Virus record (IMG/VR): IMGVR_UViG_2563366875_000003
Length of the DNA stretch: 39,855 nt
Reading direction: 5' to 3' (one strand)
From: a virus
Taxonomy: Duplodnaviria; Heunggongvirae; Uroviricota; Caudoviricetes
In this document: positions 18,658 to 32,788 of the stretch, in pieces
How positions within the stretch are numbered: the first letter of the stretch is position 1
Layout of the letters: each line of letters opens with the position of its first letter
Notes under the pieces: generated by a model
Told to the model about the DNA's origin: nothing
What the model saw: the letters and a program-made list of their open reading frames with translations, nothing else
The model's database searches: none
Made by a program: the position numbers and the translations under genes

Positions 18658-18669
18658 GGGGCGGCGACC
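18658..18669 (+). other. cosN cohesive-end sequence GGGCGGCGACCT (cosQ upstream, cosB downstream)
   Basis: Exact lambda 12-nt cohesive end followed by CGCGGGTTTTCGCTATTTATGAAAATTTTCCGG, then the Nu1 start about 190 bp downstream. Confidence 0.85.
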
Positions 18670-18847
18670 TCGCGGGTTTTCGCTATTTATGAAAATTTTC
18701 CGGTTTAAGGCGTTTCCGTTCTTCTTCGTCGTAACTTAATGTTTTTATTTAAAATACCCCCTGAAAAGAAAGGAAACGACAGGTGCTGAAAACGAACTTT
18801 TGGGCCTTTGTCGTTTCCTTTCTCTGTTTTTGGCCGTGGAATGAACA

Positions 18848-19367
18848 ATGGAAGTCAACAAAAAGCAGCTGGCTGACATTTTCGGTGCGAGTATCCGTAC
18901 CATTCAGAACTGGCAGGAGCAGGGAATGCCCGTTCTGCGAGGCGGTGGCAAGGGTAATGAGGTGCTTTATGATTCTGCCGCCGTCATAAAATGGTATGCC
19001 GAAAGGGATGCTGAAATTGAGAACGAAAAGCTGCGCCGGGAGGTTGAAGAACTGCGGCTGGCCAGCGAGGCAGATCTTCACCCCGGAACACTTGAATTTG
19101 AGCGCCATCGCCTGACTCGTGCTCAGGCGACGGCGCAGGAACTGAAAAATGCCAAAGAATCGGCTGAAGTGGTGGAAACCGCATTCTGTACTTTCGTGTT
19201 GTCGCGGATCGTAGGTGAAATTGCCAGTATTCTCGACGGGCTCCCCCTGTCGGTGCAGCGGCGTTTTCCGGAACTGGAAAACCGACATGTTGATTTCCTG
19301 AAACGGGATATCATCAAAGCCATGAACAAAGCAGCCGCGCTGGATGAACTGATACCGGGGTTGCTGA

Positions 19368-19393
<26 letters not shown>
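18848..19393 (+). CDS. Nu1: Terminase small subunit Nu1
   Basis: 181-aa ORF MEVNKKQLADIFGASIRTIQNWQEQGMPVLRGGGKGNEVLYD...; first gene after cos. Confidence 0.95.
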
Positions 19394-23074
<3,681 letters not shown>

Positions 23075-23094
<20 letters not shown>

Positions 23095-24394
23095 TCTCCC
23101 GCATATTGCCAGCATGGCCTTTAATGAGCCGCTGATGCTTGAACCCGCCTATGCGCGGGTTTTCTTTTGTGCGCTAGCAGGCCAGCTTGGGATCAGTCGC
23201 CTGACGGATGCAGTATCCGGCGACAGCCTGACTGCCGGAGAGGCACCCGCGGCGCTGGCGTTATCCGGTGATGATGACGGACCACGACAGGCCCGCAGTT
23301 ATCAGGTCATGAACGGCATCGCCGTGCTGCCGGTGTCCGGTACGCTGGTCAGCCGGACGCGGGCGCTGCAGCCGTATTCGGGAATGACCGGTTACAACGG
23401 CATTATCGCCCGTCTGCAACAGGCTGCCAGCGATCCGATGGTGGACGGCATTCTGCTCGATATGGACACACCTGGCGGAATGGTGGCGGGAGCATTTGAC
23501 TGCGCTGACATCATCGCCCGTGTGCGTGACATAAAGCCGGTATGGGCGCTGGCCAACGACATGAACTGCAGTGCAGGTCAGCTGCTTGCCAGTGCCGCCT
23601 CCCGACGTCTGGTCACGCAGACCGCCCGGACAGGCTCCATCGGCGTCATGATGGCTCACAGTAATTACGGCGCTGCGCTGGAGAAACAGGGCGTGGAAAT
23701 CACGCTGATTTACAGCGGCAGCCATAAGGTGGATGGCAACCCCTACAGCCATCTACCGGATGACGTCCGGGAAACACTGCAGTCCCGGATGGATGCAACC
23801 CGCCGGATGTTTGCACAGAAGGTGTCGGCATATACCGGCCTGTCCGTGCAGGCTGTGCTGGATACCGAGGCTGCAGTGTACAGCGGTCAGGAGGCCATTA
23901 ATGCCGGACTGGCTGATGAACTTGTCAACAGCACCGATGCGATCACCGTTATGCGTGATGCACTGGATGCACGTAAATCCCGTCTCTCAGGAGGGCGAAT
24001 GACCAAAGAGACTCAATCAACAACTGTTTCAGCCACTGCTTTGCAGGCTGACGTTACTGACGTGGTGCAAGCGACGGAGGGCGAAAACGCCAGCGCGGCG
24101 CAGCCGGACGTGAACGCGCAGATCACCGCAGCGGTTGCGGCAGAAAACAGCCGCATTATGGGGATCCTCAACTGTGAGGAGGCTCACGGACGCGAAGAAC
24201 AGGCACGCGTGCTGGCAGAAACCCCCGGTATGACCGTGAAAACGGCCCGCCGCATTCTGGCCGCAGCACCACAGAGTGCACAGGCGCGCAGTGACACTGC
24301 GCTGGATCGTCTGATGCAGGGGGCACCGGCACCGCTGGCTGCAGGTAACCCGGCATCTGATGCCGTTAACGATTTGCTGAACACACCAGTGTAA
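23075..24394 (+). CDS. C: Head maturation protease C (ClpP-like), GTG start
   Basis: GTG at 23075 preceded by GGAGGAG; product begins (M)TAELRNLPHIASMAFNEPLMLEPAYARVFF...; overlaps the B 3' end by 20 nt. Confidence 0.9.
23789..24394 (+). CDS. Nu3: Scaffolding protein Nu3 (in-frame internal start within C)
   Basis: In-frame ATG at 23789 (MDATRRMFAQK...) sharing the C stop; arrangement as in lambda. Confidence 0.7.
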   Translation: MDATRRMFAQKVSAYTGLSVQAVLDTEAAVYSGQEAINAGLADELVNSTDAITVMRDALDARKSRLSGGRMTKETQSTTVSATALQADVTDVVQATEGENASAAQPDVNAQITAAVAAENSRIMGILNCEEAHGREEQARVLAETPGMTVKTARRILAAAPQSAQARSDTALDRLMQGAPAPLAAGNPASDAVNDLLNTPV

Positions 24395-24403
24395 GGGATG
24401 TTT

Positions 24404-24736
24404 ATGACGAGCAAAGAAACCTTTACCCATTACCAGCCGCTGGGCAACAGTGACCCGGCTCATACCGCAACCGCGCCCGGCGGATTGAGTGCGAAAGCGC
24501 CTGCAATGACCCCGCTGATGCTGGACACCGCCACCCGTAAGCTGGTTGCGTGGGATGGCACCACCGACGGTGCTGCCGTTGGCATTCTTGCAGTTGCTGC
24601 TGACCAGACCAGCACCACGCTGACGTTCTACAAGTCCGGCACGTTCCGTTATGAGGATGTGCTCTGGCCGGAGGCTGCCAGCGACGAGACGAAAAAACGG
24701 ACCGCGTTTGCCGGAACGGCAATCAGCATCGTTTAA
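24404..24736 (+). CDS. D: Head decoration protein D
   Basis: [52 protein letters not shown]... (110 aa). Confidence 0.9.
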   Translation: MTSKETFTHYQPLGNSDPAHTATAPGGLSAKAPAMTPLMLDTATRKLVAWDGTTDGAAVGILAVAADQTSTTLTFYKSGTFRYEDVLWPEAASDETKKRTAFAGTAISIV

Positions 24737-24791
24737 CCTTACCCTTCATCACTAAAGGCCGCCTGTGCGGCTTTTTTTACGGGATTTTTTT

Positions 24792-25817
24792 ATGTCGATG
24801 TACACAACCGCCCAGCTGCTGGCGGCAAATGAGCAGAAATTTAAGTTTGATCCGCTGTTTCTGCGTCTCTTTTTCCGTGAGAGCTATCCCTTCACCACGG
24901 AGAAAGTCTATCTCTCACAAATTCCGGGACTGGTAAACATGGCGCTGTACGTTTCGCCGATTGTTTCCGGTGAGGTTATCCGTTCCCGTGGCGGCTCCAC
25001 CTCTGAATTTACGCCGGGATATGTCAAACCCAAGCATGAGGTGAATCCGCAGATGACCCTGCGTCGCCTGCCGGATGAAGATCCACAGAATCTGGCGGAT
25101 CCGGCTTACCGTCGCCGTCGCATCATCATGCAGAACATGCGTGACGAAGAGCTGGCCATTGCCCAGGTCGAAGAGATGCAGGCAGTTTCTGCCGTGCTCA
25201 AGGGCAAATACACCATGACCGGTGAAGCCTTCGATCCGGTTGAGGTGGATATGGGCCGCAGTGCGGCGAACAACATCACGCAGTCCGGCGGTACGGAGTG
25301 GAGCAAGCGTGACAAGTCCACGTATGACCCGACCGACGATATCGAAGCCTACGCGCTGAACGCCAGCGGTGTGGTGAATATCATCGTGTTTGATCCGAAA
25401 GGCTGGGCGCTGTTCCGTTCCTTCAAAGCCGTCAAGGAGAAGCTGGATACCCGTCGCGGCTCTAATTCCGAGCTGGAGACAGCGGTAAAAGACCTGGGCG
25501 AAGCGGTGTCCTATAAGGGGATGTATGGCGATACGGCGATCGTCGTGTATTCCGGACAGTACGTGGAAAACGACGTCAAAAAGAACTTCCTGCCGGACAA
25601 CACGATGGTGCTGGGGAACACTCAGGCACGCGGTCTGCGCACCTATGGCTGCATTCAGGATGCGGACGCACAGCGCGAAGGTATTAACGCCTCTGCCCGC
25701 TACCCGAAAAACTGGGTGACCACCGGCGATCCGGCGCGTGAGTTCACCATGATTCAGTCAGCACCGCTGATGCTGCTGGCTGACCCTGATGCGTTCGTGT
25801 CCGTACAACTGGCGTAA
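24792..25817 (+). CDS. E: Major capsid protein E
   Basis: MSMYTTAQLLAANEQKFKFDPLFLRLFFRESYPFTTEKVYLSQIPGL... (341 aa). Confidence 0.95.
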   Translation: MSMYTTAQLLAANEQKFKFDPLFLRLFFRESYPFTTEKVYLSQIPGLVNMALYVSPIVSGEVIRSRGGSTSEFTPGYVKPKHEVNPQMTLRRLPDEDPQNLADPAYRRRRIIMQNMRDEELAIAQVEEMQAVSAVLKGKYTMTGEAFDPVEVDMGRSAANNITQSGGTEWSKRDKSTYDPTDDIEAYALNASGVVNIIVFDPKGWALFRSFKAVKEKLDTRRGSNSELETAVKDLGEAVSYKGMYGDTAIVVYSGQYVENDVKKNFLPDNTMVLGNTQARGLRTYGCIQDADAQREGINASARYPKNWVTTGDPAREFTMIQSAPLMLLADPDAFVSVQLA

Positions 25818-25858
25818 TCATGGCCCTTCGGGGCCATTTTCTCTCTGTGGAGGAGTCC

Positions 25859-26257
25859 ATGACGAAAGATGAACTGATTGCCCGTCTTCAGGTGCTGGGT
25901 GAGCAACTGAACCGTGATGTCAGCCTGACGGGGACGAAAGAAGAACTGGTGCTCCGTGTGGCAGAGCTGGAAGAGGAGCTTGATGACACGGATGAAACTG
26001 CCGGTCAGGACACCCCTCTCAGCCGGGAAAATGTGCTGACCGGACATGAAAATGAGGTGGGATCAGCGCAGCCGGATACCGTGATTCTGGATACGTCTGA
26101 ACTGGTCACGGTCGTGGCACTGGTGAAGCTGCATACTGATGCACTTCACGCCACGCGGGATGAACCTGTGGCATTTGTGCTGCCGGGAACGGCGTTTCGT
26201 GTCTCTGCCGGTGTGGCAGCCGAAATGACAGAGCGCGGCCTGGCCAGAATGCAATAA
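25859..26257 (+). CDS. FI: DNA-packaging protein FI
   Basis: Start MTKDELIARLQVLGEQLNRDVSLTGTKEELVLRVAELEEELDD...; 132 aa. Confidence 0.9.
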   Translation: MTKDELIARLQVLGEQLNRDVSLTGTKEELVLRVAELEEELDDTDETAGQDTPLSRENVLTGHENEVGSAQPDTVILDTSELVTVVALVKLHTDALHATRDEPVAFVLPGTAFRVSAGVAAEMTERGLARMQ

Positions 26258-26268
26258 CGGGAGGCGCT

Positions 26269-26622
26269 GTGGCTGATTTCGATAATCTGTTCGATGCTGC
26301 CATTGCCCGCGCCGATGAAACGATACGCGGGTACATGGGAACGTCAGCCACCATGACATCCGGTGAGCAGTCCGGTGCTGTGATACGTGGTGTTTTTGAT
26401 GACCCTGAAAATATCAGCTATGCCGGACCGGGCGTGCGCGTTGAAGGCTCCAGCCCGTCCCTGTTTGTCCGGACTGATGATGTGCGGCAGCTGCGGCGCG
26501 GCGACACGCTGACCATCGGTGAGGAAAATTTCTGGGTAGATCGGGTTTCGCCGGATGATGGCGGAAGTTGTCATCTCTGGCTTGGACGGGGCGTACCGCC
26601 TGCCGTTAACCGTCGCCGCTGA
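26269..26622 (+). CDS. FII: Head-tail joining protein FII
   Basis: 117-aa ORF MADFDNLFDAAIARADETIRGYMGTSATMTSGEQ... Confidence 0.9.
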   Translation: MADFDNLFDAAIARADETIRGYMGTSATMTSGEQSGAVIRGVFDDPENISYAGPGVRVEGSSPSLFVRTDDVRQLRRGDTLTIGEENFWVDRVSPDDGGSCHLWLGRGVPPAVNRRR

Positions 26623-26633
26623 AAGGGGGATGT

Positions 26634-27212
26634 ATGGCCATAAAAGGTCTTGAGCAGGCCGTTGAAAACCTCAGCCGTATCAGCAGAACGGCGGTGCCCG
26701 GTGCTGCCGCAATGGCCATTAACCGCGTTGCTTCATCCGCGATATCGCAGTCGGCGTCACAGGTTGCCCGTGAGACAAAGGTACGCCGGAAACTGGTAAA
26801 GGAAAGGGCCAGGCTGAAAAGGGCCACGGTCAAAAATCCGCAGGCCAGAATCAAGGTTAACCGGGGGGATTTGCCCGTAATCAAGCTGGGTAATGCGCGG
26901 GTTGTCCTTTCGCGCCGCAGGCGTCGTAAAAAGGGGCAGCGTTCATCCCTGAAAGGTGGCGGCAGCGTGCTTGTGGTGGGTAACCGTCGTATTCCCGGCG
27001 CGTTTATTCAGCAACTGAAAAATGGCCGGTGGCATGTCATGCAGCGTGTGGCCGGGAAAAACCGTTACCCCATTGATGTGGTGAAAATCCCGATGGCGGT
27101 GCCGCTGACCACGGCGTTTAAACAAAATATTGAGCGGATACGGCGTGAACGTCTTCCGAAAGAGCTGGGCTATGCGCTGCAGCATCAACTGAGGATGGTA
27201 ATAAAGCGATGA
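26634..27212 (+). CDS. Z: Tail completion protein Z
   Basis: 192-aa ORF at the lambda gpZ position. Confidence 0.9.
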   Translation: MAIKGLEQAVENLSRISRTAVPGAAAMAINRVASSAISQSASQVARETKVRRKLVKERARLKRATVKNPQARIKVNRGDLPVIKLGNARVVLSRRRRRKKGQRSSLKGGGSVLVVGNRRIPGAFIQQLKNGRWHVMQRVAGKNRYPIDVVKIPMAVPLTTAFKQNIERIRRERLPKELGYALQHQLRMVIKR

Positions 27213-27604
27213 AACATACTGAACTCCGTGCAGCCGTACTGGATGCACTGGAGAAGCATGACACCGGGGCGACGTTTTTTGATGGTCGCCCCGCTGTTTT
27301 TGATGAGGCGGATTTTCCGGCAGTTGCCGTTTATCTCACCGGCGCTGAATACACGGGCGAAGAGCTGGACAGCGATACCTGGCAGGCGGAGCTGCATATC
27401 GAAGTTTTCCTGCCTGCTCAGGTGCCGGATTCAGAGCTGGATGCGTGGATGGAGTCCCGGATTTATCCGGTGATGAGTGATATCCCGGCACTGTCAGATT
27501 TGATCACCAGTATGGTGGCCAGCGGCTATGACTACCGGCGCGACGATGATGCGGGCCTGTGGAGTTCAGCCGATCTGACTTATGTCATTACCTATGAAAT
27601 GTGA
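27209..27604 (+). CDS. U: Tail terminator protein U
   Basis: 131-aa [57 protein letters not shown]... Confidence 0.9.
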   Translation: MKHTELRAAVLDALEKHDTGATFFDGRPAVFDEADFPAVAVYLTGAEYTGEELDSDTWQAELHIEVFLPAQVPDSELDAWMESRIYPVMSDIPALSDLITSMVASGYDYRRDDDAGLWSSADLTYVITYEM

Positions 27605-27611
27605 GGACGCT

Positions 27612-28352
27612 ATGCCTGTACCAAATCCTACAATGCCGGTGAAAGGTGCCGGGACCACCCTGTGGGTTTATAAGGGGAGCGGTGACCCTTATGCGAATCC
27701 GCTTTCAGACGTTGACTGGTCGCGTCTGGCTAAAGTTAAAGACCTGACGCCCGGCGAACTGACCGCTGAGTCCTATGACGACAGCTATCTCGATGATGAA
27801 GATGCGGACTGGACTGCGACCGGGCAGGGGCAGAAATCTGCCGGAGATACCAGCTTCACGCTGGCGTGGATGCCCGGAGAGCAGGGGCAGCAGGCGCTGC
27901 TGGCGTGGTTTAATGAAGGGGATACCCGTGCCTATAAAATCCGCTTCCCGAACGGCACGGTCGATGTGTTCCGCGGCTGGGTCAGCAGTATCGGTAAGGC
28001 GGTGACGGCGAAGGAAGTGATCACCCGCACGGTGAAAGTCACCAACGTGGGACGTCCGTCGATGGCAGAAGATCGCAGCACGGTAACAGCGGCAACCGGC
28101 ATGACCGTGACGCCTGCCAGCACTTCGGTGGTGAAAGGGCAGAGCACCACGCTGACCGTGGCCTTCCAGCCGGAGGGCGTAACCGACAAGAGCTTTCGTG
28201 CGGTGTCTGCGGATAAAACAAAAGCCACCGTGTCGGTCAGTGGTATGACCATCACCGTGAAAGGTGTTGCTGCAGGCAAGGTCAACATTCCGGTTGTATC
28301 CGGTAATGGTGAACTTGCTGTGGTTGCAGAAATCACCGTCACCGACAGTTAA
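27612..28352 (+). CDS. V: Major tail tube protein V (with C-terminal Ig-like domain)
   Basis: Start [57 protein letters not shown]... Confidence 0.95.
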   Translation: MPVPNPTMPVKGAGTTLWVYKGSGDPYANPLSDVDWSRLAKVKDLTPGELTAESYDDSYLDDEDADWTATGQGQKSAGDTSFTLAWMPGEQGQQALLAWFNEGDTRAYKIRFPNGTVDVFRGWVSSIGKAVTAKEVITRTVKVTNVGRPSMAEDRSTVTAATGMTVTPASTSVVKGQSTTLTVAFQPEGVTDKSFRAVSADKTKATVSVSGMTITVKGVAAGKVNIPVVSGNGELAVVAEITVTDS

Positions 28353-28367
28353 TCCGGAGAGTCAGCG

Positions 28368-28790
28368 ATGTTCCTGAAAACCGAATCATTTGAATATAAC
28401 GGTGTGAGCGTCACGCTTTCTGAACTGTCAGCCCTGCAGCGCATTGAGCATCTCGCCCTGATGAAACGGCAGGCAGAACAGGCGGAGTCAGACAGCAACC
28501 GGAAGTTTACTGTGGAAGACGCCATCAGAACCGGCGCGTTTCTGGTGGCGATGTCCCTGTGGCATAACCATCCGCAGAAGACGCAGATGCCGTCCATGAA
28601 TGAAGCCGTTAAACAGATTGAGCAGGAAGTGCTTACCACCTGGCCCACGGAGGCAATTTCTCATGCTGAAAACGTGGTGTACCGGCTGTCTGGTATGTAT
28701 GAGTTTGTGGTGAATAATGCCCCTGAACAGACAGAGGACGCCGGGCCCGCAGAGCCTGTTTCTGCGGGAAAGTGTTCGACGGTGAGCTGA
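28368..28790 (+). CDS. G: Tail assembly chaperone G
   Basis: 140-aa ORF MFLKTESFEYNGVSVTLSELSALQRIEHLALMKRQAEQAESD... containing the slippery site near its 3' end. Confidence 0.9.
   Translation: MFLKTESFEYNGVSVTLSELSALQRIEHLALMKRQAEQAESDSNRKFTVEDAIRTGAFLVAMSLWHNHPQKTQMPSMNEAVKQIEQEVLTTWPTEAISHAENVVYRLSGMYEFVVNNAPEQTEDAGPAEPVSAGKCSTVS
28766..28772 (+). promoter_or_regulatory. Programmed -1 ribosomal frameshift site G GGA AAG (G to G-T fusion)
   Basis: Heptamer GGGAAAG in the G zero frame at 28766-28772; the -1 frame continues open as the T segment (28772-29206). Confidence 0.8.
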
Positions 28791-29206
28791 GTTTTGCCCT
28801 GAAACTGGCGCGTGAGATGGGGCGACCCGACTGGCGCGCCATGCTTGCCGGGATGTCATCCACGGAGTATGCCGACTGGCACCGCTTTTACAGTACCCAT
28901 TATTTTCATGATGTTCTGCTGGATATGCACTTTTCCGGGCTGACGTACACCGTGCTCAGCCTGTTTTTCAGCGATCCGGATATGCATCCGCTGGATTTCA
29001 GTCTGCTGAACCGGCGCGAGGCTGACGAAGAGCCTGAAGATGATGTGCTGATGCAGAAAGCGGCAGGGCTTGCCGGAGGTGTCCGCTTTGGCCCGGACGG
29101 GAATGAAGTTATCCCCGCTTCCCCGGATGTGGCGGACATGACGGAGGATGACGTAATGCTGATGACAGTATCAGAAGGGATCGCAGGAGGAGTCCGGTAT
29201 GGCTGA
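28772..29206 (+). CDS. T: T segment of the tail assembly chaperone (expressed as the G-T frameshift fusion)
   Basis: Open frame -1 relative to G from the slippery site to a stop overlapping the H start; ...LSFALKLAREMGRPDWRAMLAGMSSTEYADWHRFY... Confidence 0.85.
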   Translation: MFDGELSFALKLAREMGRPDWRAMLAGMSSTEYADWHRFYSTHYFHDVLLDMHFSGLTYTVLSLFFSDPDMHPLDFSLLNRREADEEPEDDVLMQKAAGLAGGVRFGPDGNEVIPASPDVADMTEDDVMLMTVSEGIAGGVRYG

Positions 29207-31760
29207 ACCGGTAGGCGATCTGGTCGTTGATTTGAGTCTGGATGCGGCCAGATTTGACGAGCAGATGGCCAGAGTCAGGCGTCATTTTTCCGGTACGGAA
29301 AGTGATGCGAAAAAAACAGCGGCAGTCGTTGAACAGTCGCTGAGCCGACAGGCGCTGGCTGCACAGAAAGCGGGGATTTCCGTCGGGCAGTATAAAGCCG
29401 CCATGCGTATGCTGCCTGCACAGTTCACCGACGTGGCCACGCAGCTTGCAGGCGGGCAAAGTCCGTGGCTGATCCTGCTGCAACAGGGTGGTCAGGTTAA
29501 GGACTCCTTCGGCGGGATGATCCCCATGTTCAGGGGGCTTGCCGGTGCGATCACCCTGCCGATGGTGGGGGCCACCTCGCTGGCGGTGGCGACCGGTGCG
29601 CTGGCGTATGCCTGGTATCAGGGCAACTCAACCCTGTCCGATTTCAACAAAACGCTGGTCCTTTCCGGCAATCAGGCGGGACTGACGGCAGATCGTATGC
29701 TGGTCCTGTCCAGAGCCGGGCAGGCGGCAGGGCTGACGTTTAACCAGACCAGCGAGTCACTCAGCGCACTGGTTAAGGCGGGGGTAAGCGGTGAGGCTCA
29801 GATTGCGTCCATCAGCCAGAGTGTGGCGCGTTTCTCCTCTGCATCCGGCGTGGAGGTGGACAAGGTCGCTGAAGCCTTCGGGAAGCTGACCACAGACCCG
29901 ACGTCGGGGCTGACTGCGATGGCACGCCAGTTCCATAACGTGACGACGGAGCAGATTGCGTATGTTGCTCAGTTGCAGCGTTCCGGCGATGAAGCCGGGG
30001 CATTGCAGGCGGCGAACGAGGCCGCAACGAAAGGGTTTGATGACCAGACCCGCCGCCTGAAAGAGAACATGGGCACGCTGGAGACCTGGGCAGACAGGAC
30101 AGCGCGGGCATTCAAATCCATGTGGGATGCGGTGCTGGATATTGGTCGTCCTGATACCGCGCAGGAGATGCTGATTAAGGCAGAGGCTGCGTTTAAGAAA
30201 GCAGACGACATCTGGAATCTGCGCAAGGATGATTATTTTGTTAACGATGAAGCGCGGGCGCGTTACTGGGATGATCGTGAAAAGGCCCGTCTTGCGCTTG
30301 AAGCCGCCCGAAAGAAGGCTGAGCAGCAGACTCAACAGGACAAAAATGCGCAGCAGCAGAGCGATACCGAAGCGTCACGGCTGAAATATACCGAAGAGGC
30401 GCAGAAGGCTTACGAACGGCTGCAGACGCCGCTGGAGAAATATACCGCCCGTCAGGAAGAACTGAACAAGGCACTGAAAGACGGGAAAATCCTGCAGGCG
30501 GATTACAACACGCTGATGGCGGCGGCGAAAAAGGATTATGAAGCGACGCTGAAAAAGCCGAAACAGTCCGGCGTGAAGGTGTCTGCGGGCGATCGTCAGG
30601 AAGACAGTGCTCATGCTGCCCTGCTGACGCTTCAGGCAGAACTCCGGACGCTGGAGAAGCATGCCGGAGCGAATGAGAAAATCAGCCAGCAGCGCCGGGA
30701 TTTGTGGAAGGCAGAAAGTCAGTTCGCGGTACTGGAGGAGGCGGCGCAACGTCGCCAGCTGTCTGCACAGGAGAAATCCCTGCTGGCGCATAAAGATGAG
30801 ACGCTGGAGTACAAACGCCAGCTGGCTGCACTTGGCGACAAGGTTACGTATCAGGAGCGCCTGAACGCGCTGGCGCAGCAGGCGGATAAATTCGCACAGC
30901 AGCAACGGGCAAAACGGGCCGCCATTGATGCGAAAAGCCGGGGGCTGACTGACCGGCAGGCAGAACGGGAAGCCACGGAACAGCGCCTGAAGGAACAGTA
31001 TGGCGATAATCCGCTGGCGCTGAATAACGTCATGTCAGAGCAGAAAAAGACCTGGGCGGCTGAAGACCAGCTTCGCGGGAGCTGGATGGCAGGCCTGAAG
31101 TCCGGCTGGAGTGAGTGGGAAGAGAGCGCCACGAACAGTATGTCGCAGGTTAAAAGTGCAGCCACGCAGACCTTTGATGGTATTGCGCAGAATATGGCGG
31201 CGATGCTGACCGGCAGTGAGCAGAACTGGCGCAGCTTCACCCGTTCCGTGCTGTCCATGATGACAGAAATTCTGCTTAAGCAGGCAATGGTGGGGATTGT
31301 CGGGAGTATCGGCAGCGCCATTGGCGGGGCTGTTGGTGGCGGCGCATCCGCATCAGGCGGTACAGCCATTCAGGCCGCTGCGGCGAAATTCCATTTTGCA
31401 ACCGGAGGATTTACGGGAACCGGCGGCAAATATGAGCCAGCGGGGATTGTTCACCGTGGTGAATTTGTCTTCACGAAGGAGGCAACCAGCCGGATTGGCG
31501 TGGGAAATCTCTACCGGCTGATGCGCGGCTATGCCACCGGCGGTTATGTCGGTGGCACCGGAAGTCCGGCGCAAATGCGGCGTTCAGAGGGTATCAGGTT
31601 TGAGCAGAACAACAACGTGGTGATTCAGAACGACGGTACGAATGGTCTGCCAGGTCCACAGATGATGAAGGCAGTGTATGACATGGCCCGCAAGGGTGCC
31701 CGTGATGAAATTCAGGCACAGATGCGCGATGGTGGTCTGTTCTCCGGAGGTGGACGATGA
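29199..31760 (+). CDS. H: Tail tape-measure protein H
   Basis: 853-aa ORF, coiled-coil/Ala-Gln-rich, with a Gly-rich region near the C-terminus. Confidence 0.95.
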   Translation: MAEPVGDLVVDLSLDAARFDEQMARVRRHFSGTESDAKKTAAVVEQSLSRQALAAQKAGISVGQYKAAMRMLPAQFTDVATQLAGGQSPWLILLQQGGQVKDSFGGMIPMFRGLAGAITLPMVGATSLAVATGALAYAWYQGNSTLSDFNKTLVLSGNQAGLTADRMLVLSRAGQAAGLTFNQTSESLSALVKAGVSGEAQIASISQSVARFSSASGVEVDKVAEAFGKLTTDPTSGLTAMARQFHNVTTEQIAYVAQLQRSGDEAGALQAANEAATKGFDDQTRRLKENMGTLETWADRTARAFKSMWDAVLDIGRPDTAQEMLIKAEAAFKKADDIWNLRKDDYFVNDEARARYWDDREKARLALEAARKKAEQQTQQDKNAQQQSDTEASRLKYTEEAQKAYERLQTPLEKYTARQEELNKALKDGKILQADYNTLMAAAKKDYEATLKKPKQSGVKVSAGDRQEDSAHAALLTLQAELRTLEKHAGANEKISQQRRDLWKAESQFAVLEEAAQRRQLSAQEKSLLAHKDETLEYKRQLAALGDKVTYQERLNALAQQADKFAQQQRAKRAAIDAKSRGLTDRQAEREATEQRLKEQYGDNPLALNNVMSEQKKTWAAEDQLRGSWMAGLKSGWSEWEESATNSMSQVKSAATQTFDGIAQNMAAMLTGSEQNWRSFTRSVLSMMTEILLKQAMVGIVGSIGSAIGGAVGGGASASGGTAIQAAAAKFHFATGGFTGTGGKYEPAGIVHRGEFVFTKEATSRIGVGNLYRLMRGYATGGYVGGTGSPAQMRRSEGIRFEQNNNVVIQNDGTNGLPGPQMMKAVYDMARKGARDEIQAQMRDGGLFSGGGR

Positions 31761-32086
31761 AGACCTTCCGCTGGAAAGTGAAACCCGGTATGGATGTGGC
31801 TTCGGCCCCTTCCGTAAGAAAGGTGCGCTTTGGTGATGGCTATTCTCAGCGAGCGCCTGCCGGGCTGAATGCCAACCTGAAAACGTACAGCGTGACGCTT
31901 TCTGTCCCCCGTGAGGAGGCCACGGTACTGGAGTCGTTTCTGGAAGAGCACGGGGGCTGGAAATCCTTTCTGTGGACGCCGCCTTATGAGTGGCGGCAGA
32001 TAAAGGTGACCTGCGCAAAATGGTCGTCGCGGGTCAGTATGCTGCGTGTTGAGTTCAGCGCAGAGTTTGAACAGGTGGTGAACTGA
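31757..32086 (+). CDS. M: Tail tip protein M
   Basis: 109-aa ORF MKTFRWKVKPGMDVASAPSVRKVRFGDGYSQRAPAGLNANLKTYSVTLSVPREEA... Confidence 0.9.
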   Translation: MKTFRWKVKPGMDVASAPSVRKVRFGDGYSQRAPAGLNANLKTYSVTLSVPREEATVLESFLEEHGGWKSFLWTPPYEWRQIKVTCAKWSSRVSMLRVEFSAEFEQVVN

Positions 32087-32784
32087 TGCAGGATATCCGA
32101 CAGGAAACACTGAATGAATGCACCCGTGCGGAGCAGTCGGCCAGCGTGGTGCTCTGGGAAATCGACCTGACAGAGGTCGGTGGAGAACGTTATTTTTTCT
32201 GTAATGAGCAGAACGAAAAAGGTGAGCCGGTCACCTGGCAGGGGCGACAGTATCAGCCGTATCCCATTCAGGGGAGTGGTTTTGAACTGAATGGCAAAGG
32301 CACCAGTACGCGCCCCACGCTGACGGTTTCTAACCTGTACGGTATGGTCACCGGGATGGCGGAAGATATGCAGAGTCTGGTCGGCGGAACGGTGGTCCGG
32401 CGTAAGGTTTACGCCCGTTTTCTGGATGCGGTGAACTTCGTCAACGGAAACAGTGACGCCGATCCGGAGCAGGAGGTGATCAGCCGCTGGCGCATCGAGC
32501 AGTGCAGCGAACTGAGCGCGGTGAGTGCCTCCTTTGTACTGTCCACGCCGACGGAAACGGATGGCGCTGTTTTTCCGGGGCGCATCATGCTGGCCAACAC
32601 CTGCACCTGGACCTATCGCGGTGACGAGTGCGGTTATAGCGGTCCGGCTGTCGCGGATGAATATGACCAGCCGACATCCGATATCACGAAGGATAAATGC
32701 AGCAAATGCCTGAGTGGCTGTAAGTTTCGCAATAACGTCGGCAACTTTGGCGGCTTCCTTTCCATTAACAAACTTTCGCAGTAA
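32086..32784 (+). CDS. L: Tail tip protein L
   Basis: 232-aa ORF with C-terminal Cys cluster (KDKCSKCLSGCKF). Confidence 0.9.
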   Translation: MQDIRQETLNECTRAEQSASVVLWEIDLTEVGGERYFFCNEQNEKGEPVTWQGRQYQPYPIQGSGFELNGKGTSTRPTLTVSNLYGMVTGMAEDMQSLVGGTVVRRKVYARFLDAVNFVNGNSDADPEQEVISRWRIEQCSELSAVSASFVLSTPTETDGAVFPGRIMLANTCTWTYRGDECGYSGPAVADEYDQPTSDITKDKCSKCLSGCKFRNNVGNFGGFLSINKLSQ

Positions 32785-32788
32785 TCCC